64,000 nucleotides of DNA, from the NCBI RefSeq assembly GCF_009914755.1, contig NC_060927.1, one strand, 5' to 3'. A program made the position numbers and the translations under genes. Positions 17,468-28,789 of the stretch are shown piece after piece. The DNA comes from the human T2T-CHM13v2.0 reference genome, Homo sapiens. Positions within the stretch are counted from its first letter, which is position 1; each line of letters opens with the position of its first letter. The notes beneath the pieces were generated by a model, which saw only the letters and a program-made list of their open reading frames with translations, was not told the DNA's origin and made no database searches.

Positions 17468-17860
17468 TGTGTTATCAGTCGGCTTAGGTTATGTTGTGCT
17501 GCAGTAACAAAAGACCTAAATTTTTCAGTTGCTTACACCCCAAAATGCATTTTTTGTTTGCTCAGCTTCATGTCCATCAAGGTCTGGTTGCAGATCTGCC
17601 TATGTCATCCTTACACTGGGACCCAAGCTGTCAGAGTAACCTCTATATAGAAATTATATTCATCGTGGTAGAAGGAAATAAGTTGGCAAATCACTTGGTG
17701 GTTCTTAAAACTTCTGCCCAGAAATGCACACATTACCAATAAAATGCCCACATTTTACTGGTCAAAACAAGACACATGGCTACTGCTGGGTCCAAAAGGG
17801 CAAGGATATATAGATGTGGAGGTGCACTGTTGAGGGCAGCAGGACATTGCTACAATCTAC
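17468..17860 (-). mobile_element. Old MaLR LTR (MLT1J/K-like) interrupting a MIR
   Basis: aggttatgttgtgctgcagtaacaaaagacc...ttcttaaaacttctgcccagaa...ggtcaaaacaagacacatggc. Confidence 0.7.
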
Positions 17861-18674
17861 CCTGCCTCTGATATGGACCTCTGAGTCTTCCCCTTTGCTT
17901 CTATAGAAGTGATATGTAACTAATACATGCTGAGGGCTTATGAAATGCAGACTGCCCTAGATGGGCTATCTGCAAAATCTCATTGGGTTCTCACAAAAAA
18001 CAGTTAAGATAGGTATTTTGGCTCCATTTTACAGATTAAAACAAAGAAACAAACTGAGGTCTTGAAGAGGTTAAGTAACTTCCCCCATAAGATCATATAC
18101 ATACATGGTAGGGTACACACTAAGTAATTGATAGTGTTAGTTCCCCCCCACCCCTCCCCCATAGTTGCATAATGGCTTATTTTTGAAACAACTGTTTCTA
18201 ATTGTTTTAGGCTCTATCTGCATGTAGGAAGAGCAGTAGGAACAAAACTGGCTGACTGCAGATGGTGCAACCAGTCCACTGGAGTTCCTACTCTCTAAAT
18301 TTCTAGTTTTTCTGCAGCAAAATTCATGAGCAGGGGGCATTTACACTAGAAGCTGCCTCCCCCTCCCAGACAGCAAATTACTGATTTCCGTATTTCTCAT
18401 CCACTTCTACATATCAAATACCCACCCCCCACCAACACACACATACACACCCATGAACTCCAAACCTTTTTGGCAAATCTTTATAGTAAACAGATGGACT
18501 ATCTGTGTTGCTGGGAGACCACTCATAAATGGAATCCAGTCCAAAGGGAGTGAGAAGGAAGAGGACATATCACTACTTGATGTAGTAGCTAAGAGCTCTC
18601 CTCTCCTTCTTCTTCTTCCTCCTCTTCCTTTTTTCCCCTTCTTCTTCTTTTGTTTTTCTGATTTTAAAAAAATC

Positions 18675-18860
18675 AATTCTGACTTCACTACCTGCTAGCT
18701 GGGCAACCTTGGGCAGGCCACTATCCTTCCATGGGCCTCAATTTCCTCATCTCTAAAATGGGAATAATATTATTATTAACTTATGGGGGTTTGTGAATAT
18801 TGAATGAAGTAATGTTTGTAAAGCCCTTAGCACAGTTTTCAGCTCATAGAAAGAACTCAC
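18675..18860 (+). mobile_element. MIR SINE
   Basis: ccttgggcagg...gggcctcaatttcctcatctctaaaatgggaataat...aagcccttagcacag. Confidence 0.85.
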
Positions 18861-20054
18861 TTGTTTGGTTGTTGTTGTTTTTATTATATTCAGCAAGATT
18901 AGCCCACTAAGAGTAAACAACGTGAACCACCTTTCACTAAGTTTCAAGAAAAGAGTCTAACTTTGGAGGAGGGACCCAGTGTTATATTTATGAGTTTGAC
19001 AAGGGAGTTCATTTGGGGGTCAGATATCAGGCAAAAGATCTCAGTAGAAATAAAATGAGTTTGAAAGGTACCTAAATTTCATTCCCTGTTTAGCCTTTCA
19101 TGAGATGTTTTACCTTGGCCATTTCATCCTTGCTAAATCTGTTTTCCACTGGCGCATGGTCCCACATTCAAGATTAATTTGTTTCCACCTCTTCTCTCCA
19201 GGCAGTTTCCTCTGTCCTGGTCCTCTCTCTGGCATCCACAGGCCAAGATGGATCCCCTGCCCTGTGCCCATGGCCCCTGTGCTCTGCTCTGCGCCACTGT
19301 CCAGACCACATTGCAAGTTATTTTTCCCCTTTTGCTTCCCCTGGGGGAAGTGACAATGCTTATCCTGTTTTTTTGATGTACCCCAGCACCTAAGCACTGC
19401 CTGCCCACAGGAAGGATGCTCCATAAAGGCTTGAAGGAATGAATGAAAGAGCCAACAAATAGTTATTTTTTTATTTTTATGTATTTATCATTATTATTAT
19501 TTTGCTGTTTGGAAGTCATCAGAACTCACACAGATGTCTCAGGTAAAGTGTGGGTGTCTTCCTCCTACCTGGAAACCCCTTCTTCAGGTGGACAGCCGTC
19601 TTGCTGATGGTGCCAAGCCCGCTTTCCCAAACCAACAGACCCAAAGTTTCCCCGGAGCCAGAGGGCACCGGGCGCACGGCTGAGCCTGCACCAATGTCTG
19701 TGGGCCCTGCCTCGCCCACCTCCTCGCCCTCCCCTCTGGAGCGCGGCTGGCCAATGACAGCCTTCCCCTGGCTCCATGGGTTTCCCCCTCCCCTGTTGTA
19801 TCTACCCTGCCCCAGCTCTTCCCTGCCCACCCCTCGCTGACTCGCTTCGCTTCCCCGACGCGCTGGGTTCCCGGAGCGCAGAGCCCAGCGTTAGCGGGTG
19901 GGCTCCCCGAGGCCCCCTGCCCTCGCCGGGCTGCTCCAGGGTGTCGCTCCTCTGGCTGCTCCCGAAGGGGCTTCTGGCCCTGAGGACGGTGGTGCCAAGC
20001 GAACTTCATTTTTAAAAAGAACTGGTGGATGAGAAGAGCGAGCGAGGGCGAGCT

Positions 20055-20072
20055 ATGGACCCTGTGAGTCAG
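20055..20072 (+). CDS. SYNPR: Synaptoporin coding exon 1 (MDPVSQ)
   Basis: GCTATGG strong Kozak context; in-frame upstream TAA at 20013; donor CAG|GTGAGA at 20072/20073. The spliced peptide matches the recalled N-terminus of the long synaptoporin isoform. Confidence 0.95.
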
Positions 20073-20197
20073 GTGAGACAGAACTGGGCAGGGCGGCTGG
20101 CTGGGAGCAGGGGGCGGGGGATGCCGCGGCTTGGGAGAGGCGCCCCCAGCCCCTTCCTCACGCTTTGCTTTCTCTCTCTCGCCTCATTCCCCCAAAG
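20073..20197 (+). other. SYNPR: SYNPR intron 1 (125 nt, phase 0, GT-AG)
   Basis: GTGAGA start, G-runs, branch-like CTCAC (20157-20161), pyrimidine tract, AAAG end. Confidence 0.93.
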
Positions 20198-20263
20198 CTG
20201 GCCTCTGCGGGCACCTTCCGGGTGCTGAAGGAGCCCCTTGCCTTCCTGCGAGCCCTGGAATTG
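20198..20263 (+). CDS. SYNPR: Synaptoporin coding exon 2 (LASAGTFRVLKEPLAFLRALEL), start of MARVEL domain
   Basis: 66 nt, phase 0/0, acceptor AAG| and donor TTG|GTGAGT. FRVLKEPLAFLRALE is the synaptophysin-family motif preceding TM1. Confidence 0.96.
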
Positions 20264-22244
20264 GTGAGTAGCAGTGTGTGTGCAGGGAGGGGCGCCAGGC
20301 AGCCAGCTATCAGGTGAGGAGAGGTCGGATGGGGTGCTCCCTGCTCAGTTCTGCTCCAAGCCGGAGATTCAACCCTCAAGCGGGGATTTCAATCCTGCCC
20401 CCTCCTAAGATGCCGTTCCAAGGTGGTGAGGACAAAATCGAGGCACCCTGCTTGGAGGCGGGAGTGTGGACGCATTTTTGCAGGGGCTTAGACAAGTGTC
20501 GTCTCACCTCACCGCTTGCAGACGCGCAGGGGCTGTGGAAAGAAACCTCCCCCTTGGGAGATAGGGGAGGGGGGCGCATGGAAGGGCTGCCGCTGGGTTC
20601 TGGCCCCTCACCTGGACCTTCGCGGGGATGAGGGGATGGGTGGAGGGACCCATAGTTGAGCGGAGGAGCCGGGAAGACTTGGCCAAGCTCAGAAAGTTGG
20701 TCAGAACTGAGACAGCTCCTCTGCGGGACTGGGATGCTGGAAGCGCGTGTTCAACTGCTCCGCGGGAGCTTCAGGGAGGGAAAGATGCTGCGAAGCTATT
20801 ACAGACTGTTATAAACGGCGGCGGGTAGAGAGCAGAACTCCTTCCTTCCCTACTATAGTTTCTTTTCTCTGGCCACTCCTCTAGGGCTTTTCTGATTATA
20901 CCCAGAAGAGCCCACCAGCCTGTTTGCCATGGCTTTCTTCAGCGACTGGGCTTTAGGAAGTTGTATTCCACTTCCGTGAAACCACCCTGACGCTCTTATT
21001 GCAATTTGTCTATGGGCAGAGGAGTGAGGCACAGAAACGGTTACCCACAGGGCCACAGAGCCATGTCAGTGTTGTTGGCTGGATGATGGTTATTCAGAAT
21101 GAAATCTGCAGGTCACACGTTTCGTCTTGCTAGGAACTCCAAAAGGCAAGCAAACCTATCTGAATAGAAAGTTCAAAGCCTGTCATGTAGCATTAATCAG
21201 AGTCCCTAACACTGACTAGCTGGGAAATTATGTAAGAGCCTGTTCTCTGTTCCCAGATCTTAGCTCCAAGGGCTTATATCTGGCAGTGGCTACATAACTG
21301 TGATGATTGTTTACACGGATGATCTACAAGATAATTACATTTACCTTGTTTGTAGACTTGAATGAAAATGTATGCGTATATCAATATTGCATACACCAGG
21401 ACAGCTTTTGGAAGGCTTGAATTAGTGGTTCAGAGCTGGCTATTCTGAAACTGTTTCCCTTACAGTCAAGTTAAACAAGCAAGCAATCCTCACAGTTCTG
21501 GAAACTTTCAGTTTGCTTTCTCAGAATTCTGCCCGCATTCATTCATTCAGCCATTCAATAAATATTTCCTGTGAAGTAGTGGCTTTTAGGGAAGAAAATA
21601 ATAGCTCCATTGTCAAGCTATTATCTCTCAAAACCAAGTTCAAAGAGCTGACATCATTTTCTGACATAATCTCTTATTGTCTCACACGCTCACCTATCTG
21701 AAATATTAGTTCGTGTACACACCAATACTGTGGCAACATGATTTTGTGCCATTGTTCCTCACACAGCCTCTACTGCTATATAAAAAGGTGTTTGTTATCT
21801 GGATGAACTTGTTCAAATTACAGGTTTCTGGCTACCAAATCAAAATATTGATAAGATGGGTGCCCATGAATCTGCATTTTAAATGAGCTCCCTGCGTAAC
21901 TCTTATCCATGTTATAATTGGAGAACCACCACTCTAAGCTATACCAGATCCCTCCAAAACTCAAAAGCCCCTTTTACCTCAGTGCCCTTGCTATTTCTAT
22001 TCACACTGTATGGAATGTCCTCACCTTCCAAGCCTAAAAAAAAAAAAATGTTTGTTTTTTACCTCAACTAAATGTTACCTCCTCAATGAAGACTTTTCTC
22101 GTATTTATTCCTTCCTCTTTCCTCTATCCCAAGCTGAATGATTCACCTCGTTCTTTGAACTTCCACTAGATTTTTATTCATTCACTCATAAGAATTTATC
22201 ACACTGCAAAATACCGTTTTATAGCTCCCCCCCTTGGGGGAGGG

Positions 22245-22288
22245 GTGTGTGTGTGTGTGTGTGTGTGCACAGGTGATGTGTGTGTGTG
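22245..22288 (+). repeat. Interrupted (TG)n microsatellite
   Basis: Directly visible. Confidence 0.9.
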
Positions 22289-22918
22289 AGAGAAAGAGTG
22301 AAATAGAATAAAGGTTACTAAGTTACTACATTTAAATTATTTGCAGTCCTTCCCCTCTCTCTTCCAGGATTCTAAGGCTCGAAGGAGGAAGGGCTTTTTG
22401 CTTGTACCTCAGTAATTAGACTCTCATTTGTGGAAAAGAACATGAATAATGGACAAAGCAAATTTTAAAAGTTAGATAAGTTAGTTGGTTGACCTACATT
22501 TTAAAAGAGCTGAGCTAGAGACATGAGGAGAGAGTACTAGTTGCTGAAAAAGCTAGTAGTGAACAGAGGGAAAGAACATACATTTTGTGTGCACACAATG
22601 GCTTGAGGAGGCACTCTGAGGTATCTTTTTCTGTAGGAGATATTGACAATGACAGGAAATGTGATTTCTTATAGATGGTAGAACATTTCTTCTGTTTGTC
22701 TCTGTTTCCCTCACTGGTTCCTTTCATAGCGCTTGGTTAAACAGCAAGTAATCAGCAAAAATTGTAAACCGGTAATGACAGAGCATTTAAAATATCCCAG
22801 TTTATCCTGTTTCTGTGAAAGTTTTACAAAGCAATGGAGAGCAGCTTTAAACTTGACAGTGTCTTTAAGCTGCAATTTCCCCATGCTGTAGAAATAAACA
22901 TGCATGTAAAGATATATG

Positions 22919-23282
22919 TATCTTAGTTTTGGGGGTTGCTATAACAAAACACCATAAACTGGATAGCTTATACACAACAGAAATTTATTTCTCATAGTTC
23001 TGAATACTGGAAAGTCTAAGATCAAGGTGCCATCAGATTCGTTGTTTAGTGAGGGCCTACTTTCTGGTTCACAGATGGAGCCTTCTTGCTGTGTCTTCTC
23101 ATAGCAGAAGGGAAGAACTCTGATCTCGTCTGTCCCTTATAAGAACACTAATCCCATTCACAAGGGCTCCACATTTATGAGCTAATCACCTCCCAAAGGC
23201 CCCACCCCCTAAGACCATCACTTTGGGAACTATATTTCAACATGTGAACTTGGGGGGAGGCATAAACATTCAGATAATAGCA
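22919..23282 (-). mobile_element. MLT1A-type MaLR LTR inserted in an old L1M 3' fragment
   Basis: tcttagtt...gttgctataacaaaacaccataaactgg...aaacattcagataatagca. TSD ATATG/ATATT. Confidence 0.9.
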
Positions 23283-23421
23283 ATATTCTCAAGAATATTT
23301 ATTGCAACATCATCTGTAGTGAAAAGAACTGGAAATAACTAGTAAGTCCATTATAAGAAAATAATTAAAGTATGATTCATCATGTTATGAAATATTATAT
23401 TGCCATCAAAAAGAATGAATT

Positions 23422-24219
23422 AGCCAGGGATGGTGGCTCATGCCTATAATCTCAGCACTTTGGGAGGCTGAGATGGGAGGATTGCTTGAGCCCAGGAGTT
23501 CAAGACCAGCCTAGCCAACATAGGGAAGCTGTGCAATTCTGGAACATATTAATTAAAATATGGCTTAACATATAGTGAATTTCTAATTCTAATATTCAGT
23601 GCAGCAGAAGACATGTCTTTTGACAGGAATACCAGCTAAGTCAGTAGATATTTGATTCTTCAGTGTTTGATTTTTTTCATTAGTTGAAGTGAGTTTTAGT
23701 TTTGTTAAAATTATAACCAAACTATTTTCACATCATCTTGTAAGTTAAGTGATATCAAACATAAAAGACATGTTCTCATGTTTCTTTTTCTGACTAAATG
23801 TCGATGCATATCATTTTTCTATAAGCAATCAGTTGCTTTTAAAATCAGAAGGCTATATTATTCTAATGAACATACTGGATCTAAATGAATATGAAGTTCC
23901 ATATCAACAAGATATGCTATGTGTTATTTGAGAGAAACTGAAAACAAATTTAGTAAAACTGTTAGTATCAAAAAGAATAGGAATACATTTTTATTGTCCG
24001 TACTATGATCAAATAAAAATAATGTGAGATTGTAAAAAAGGAAAAGAAATTTAAAAAATTAGGCATTGTGGTGCATGCCTATAGCCCCAGCTACTTCTGA
24101 AACTGAGGTGGGAGGATCGCTTGAGCCCACGAGGTCAAGGCTACAGTGAGCTGTGGTCACTTCACTGCACTTCATCCTGGACGACAAAGTGAGACACTGT
24201 CTCAGAAAAAAAAAAAAAA
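23422..24219 (+). mobile_element. AluJ split in two (left arm 23422-23528, right arm ~24045-24219)
   Basis: AluJ diagnostics ggaggattgcttgagcccaggag and gaggtcaaggctacagtgagc. TSD AAAAAGAATGAATT at 23408-23421 and 24220-24233 flanks both arms. Confidence 0.93.
23529..24045 (+). pseudogene. Probable 5'-truncated retrocopy of an unidentified mRNA 3'UTR
   Basis: AT-rich sequence that I do not recognise as a repeat, lying between the Alu arms. It ends with AATAAA (24012-24017), 16 nt, then an A-rich tail from 24034. Confidence 0.65.
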
Positions 24220-25015
24220 AAAAAGAATGAATTCAATTAATATGCATTGACCTGCAGGTAAATATATCATTGTATTTGATAAAATTGTTAAGTGAGAAAA
24301 CATAAGTTTCATTCTTTGTATTTGATAAAATTGCAAAATGGAAAAACCAGTATTTATCCTTTGAATAAACATGTAGATAATTTATTGAATCATATTTCAA
24401 AATAATATACAGAGTCCTGTATTTGCACAAATAAAAAATATAGTTTTGTATGTGAGTGAGTGTGCGTGTGTGCAATTTGTATGAACACAGAGGGAAGTGT
24501 AGATATAAAGCACTGAACTGTTAAAATTGATTTTTTCAGAAGGGTGTAATTTGAGATGCAGTAGGTAGAGAACGGGAGAGGTTGATGGTAAACTGTGGTA
24601 TGCAGGAAGAGTTGTGGGCCTATCACCTGTCTACAGTTGTGCACACACACAAGAAATTCTTTAAAATAGCTCATATTTTACATTATTTTCTATGGATTAC
24701 CCACATGAACTGGTATTACCTTTAATGTCATCTTCTACTTTTGGATTTTATAGCCTGGGGAAAAAATCCACTTTATTTACGTGTTCTTTCCTTAGGAAGG
24801 GTTCACGGATACAGTAGATTTAAAGTCTTAATAACATATAAAAGTCAAGCCTTGAGGGGAAAGCTTTAGCCAATTTCAAAGACTTGCAGGCAAAACTCCC
24901 ACATCCTTAATCTCTACTTAAATGAGGTCAGGGTACTTTTCACTATCTTTTAGGTCAAAACGGAAAAGTCGGGACATAGCACTGACTCTGGTGGTCTTTT
25001 ACATTTATTCCCTGA

Positions 25016-25631
<616 letters not shown>

Positions 25632-27239
25632 CACAGGTAATTCTTATTTTGCTACTTTAGTATTTTGCCAGTTGACCTTTGGTCTCTTTTTTTCCCTTTT
25701 CTTCTAAAAAATGATGTTAGTAATTCTTTCTTTACTATATGCAATGCACTGAATTTGTACCTGTAGATTTATGTGAAATGAAAAGTGGAGGACTCCACAC
25801 ATCCATGTTGTTCAGAACTACACTGGTGCAGACTTAAGGTCATCAAAAGAACTTAAACTCTCCAAAACAATATTTGTGTGGCTTGCATAGTTCTCCAACA
25901 CAATGCTGCAGCCCTAGATTCTGTGCCTATGGAATAAACTGCTGACTCAATTTGCCTAATTCTTCTAATCCTTATTTTTGACATTCATCCCTAATTTTGC
26001 AATACCTTCTGCTATAACCCTGGGTTTCACATCACCATTTTCCCTTTCCAGCCTACCTCCCTGCCTAACCAAGGCGGCCAGTGAATCCAAAGATGCAGCA
26101 TGTCGATATGTGAGGTATAGGTCTACTTGATTTAAATGGAGACACTAGCATTTATATAATCTTCATTCCTGAATTTAAATTCTAAGCCACGTTTTTCAAG
26201 CAAATATCATACTGCTTTCTTAATATTAATAACATTTATAATTTATGCTATTGATAACAACAAAGTGAAATGTGTCGTCATAACATACAATAAATACAAT
26301 TTTATAGTAGCCATCATTTTAAACTCCTAATGAGAGAAGTAATAACAGCTACCTTTGTCATGCAGGCATCATATGGGGGACTATATTACTGTGTTTTTCT
26401 TACATCATTGTGTTGAATCTGTGTAACTTTAACATTCCCGTTTCTCCAGGAGGCTCAAAGATGTTAACCAACTCATCAGGGACAAAATTGAGGGAAATGC
26501 CAAAGCCAAGATTTGAGCAGCCTCACTCCCAACTTCATTCTCTTAAATGCTACACTCCTGCTTTTTCCAATGTGGCAAGCACTTGCCATATCTTATCCCT
26601 GATCCTCAAAGAAGCTTTAAAAAGCAGATGTTATCCTATTTTACAGTGTTTATCTCAGTCATCAACTTACATATTTGAGGTCTTTTCTGAAAATGCCAAG
26701 GAACATTTGTATTTAGAGATGAATTCAACAGACATCAACTGTCTTTTATATTTGGCTTCTATTTTCTGTTAGTTATTAATTAATCAAGGTAGAGTTGATT
26801 CCAATTAAAAACCAGTACTTTTCATTTTAAATATGTAGAAAAAGACTTCGATTACAAAGGCAATAATTTAATCTCATTTTTTATCTTTTTCTCTTTTGTT
26901 AAAAAAAGTGTGCATAAGTCAGAGAACTCATTTTCTTCCTGTGTATAAACAAGACGGGGAATTCTTACAGAAAATTTATTTAAATCGTGAGCAGCAATCT
27001 ACGATTGACAGTTTGATGTAATTTAAAGCTATATTAATGTGGGTTTAATTACAACCTTCTAGCCTCTCAATTGGTGACAACAATCATGTGCAATTGGAGT
27101 ATGAATCAATAAGTGCACAACAAACAAGCAGCTCCTCAGTGTCCAGATGGATTCATCACTTAATGCTTTCCTGAGTGTATTAAGACAACTGGTATTTGGC
27201 CTCACAAGTACAGAAAAAAAGAGAAAAGGGTCAGGAATG

Positions 27240-27450
27240 CTTCTTATGGATTTGAATTCAGATTTTATTTTTTACTAGCTTTGTTACCTTGGGCAAGTTA
27301 AATTCACTAGGCTTCATTTTTCTCATCTATAAGATAGGGCTAATAATAGTTCCTACTTCAAAGTGATGCTATCATGATTTAATGATTTATCCAAGTAAGG
27401 TACCTTGCTTAGTACCTACACTGTGATAAGTGCTCAATAAAAGATTATGA
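27240..27450 (+). mobile_element. MIR SINE
   Basis: ccttgggcaagtta...tttctcatctataagatagggctaataatag...taagtgctcaataaa. Confidence 0.85.
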
Positions 27451-28789
27451 AGGTGATGATGATAACGATGCCAGCGGTTATGACGGTGATGAAAAGGGAG
27501 AAAGTAGAAATTCATCAAAGGATAATTTAGGAAATTACAGATAACTTTTTGCAAGTTAAAGTCTTGGCAAAACTCTGAGGTAGAAATTTGTATCCAGACT
27601 TGCTCATACCTCTTTTTAGCCCCTCTATCTCTATATTCCACTGTGGAGGGCCCTCAAACTGGCAAGTCTATTTTTACCATAGTATGAGTGACTCTTCAGG
27701 CGCTTGCTCCTTGGAATATTCACATTTCAAAGAAAATTCCAGCAAGGCCAGTATTGAACCTAAACGAGAACGTCTAATGGAAGAATTGCAAGCACTTGGC
27801 CTTCAGGGGTTTGTCGTAGAGGTGTGAAGAGATACTTTTCCTGGTCTTTCTCAAATAACAATCCATAGACAATTTCGTACACTTGAAAGAGACACAGTGG
27901 CCCCAACTGAATTCTCCAGGATGTGCTGAGGGTCCTTATAGGGTCAGATACAGGCACTTACTAACCACATTGTAATGCCCAGGTGCTCCAGGCCCTTGGG
28001 TGTTCCCCCATAGAAACTGGGGAAAACCCTGGAGTTATGCTGAAGTAGAAACACCATCCTTAGTTCTTTGTTCTGCAGACGACCCACATCTCTCACTGAC
28101 TGAGGTATGGGGACAGAAGAAAAACAGTCATGTGCTAGTAGAAGAAAAGTAGAAAATCTCTAAGGAGTATGTGCACAGAACCACGGTCTTCCTTTGAGTC
28201 TTCATCTTCTGTGGGGATGTATTTGACTTTTGTTGTATTTGTTATTATTCCTGTTCAATGTACTAGCTTAGGCTCCTTTAAAGACCTCAGTTTCCTAACC
28301 TGAAAACTGGGGGCAATATCTCCTGCCTATAGTGTTGAAAATTTTAAGTGAGATCAAGCATGAAAAAGTGTTTAGCAAACTGTTAACTATCCTTCTAAAG
28401 TAAATGATAATTGTGACCATGATGATGGTGATGATAAAGAAATACCTTTTTCCAACCTAAATGACTCTGGGCAGCGTAATATAGTTACTGGACAGAGCAC
28501 AGGGTGAGGTGTGAAGTGTAAGAACTTGATCTCTGTTCCCTAAGGAACTAAGTCCTTCCAACCACTTATCACCCTCTGCCTTCCATGCCAGTCTCTTTGG
28601 TCTCTTTGAAGCCTACAAGAAAGGATGATGCTGCCAGTCGAATGTAATGAATTATCCAAACTTTACTGGGGAATGTTCCTTAGGAGAGGGGAATGTGGTC
28701 CATCCTCACCCTTTTAACTCTCATACCAAGAGACAATTTCTTGCTCTGTACACGTTTCACATTTCTTGATGTTTTAGGGGCCTGGTGAC

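Larger units (their letters stand above)
19650..20830 (+). promoter_or_regulatory. SYNPR: CpG island / SYNPR promoter and first exons
   Basis: Sharp rise in GC and CpG density in an otherwise AT-rich, CpG-depleted window. CCAAT boxes at 19691 and 19751 (GGCCAATGAC), GC/CACCC boxes (ctcgcccacc ~19711, ctgcccacccc ~19823), no clear TATA. Exact TSS cannot be read from sequence; probably ~19800-19900. Confidence 0.9.

Noticed and set aside
18598-18655. Lys/Arg/Gly-rich ORF 18407-18688 (KQKKKKGKKGRGGRRRRRG)
   Set aside because: Translation of a CT-rich low-complexity tract.
20025-20228. 67-aa ORF MDEKSERGRAMDPVSQVRQ... as a standalone gene
   Set aside because: It starts at GTG and is simply exon 1 read through unspliced intron 1.
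19519-20828. Numerous overlapping 60-141 aa ORFs on both strands
   Set aside because: Expected from stop-codon scarcity in a CpG island. Only the two spliced SYNPR exons match a known protein.
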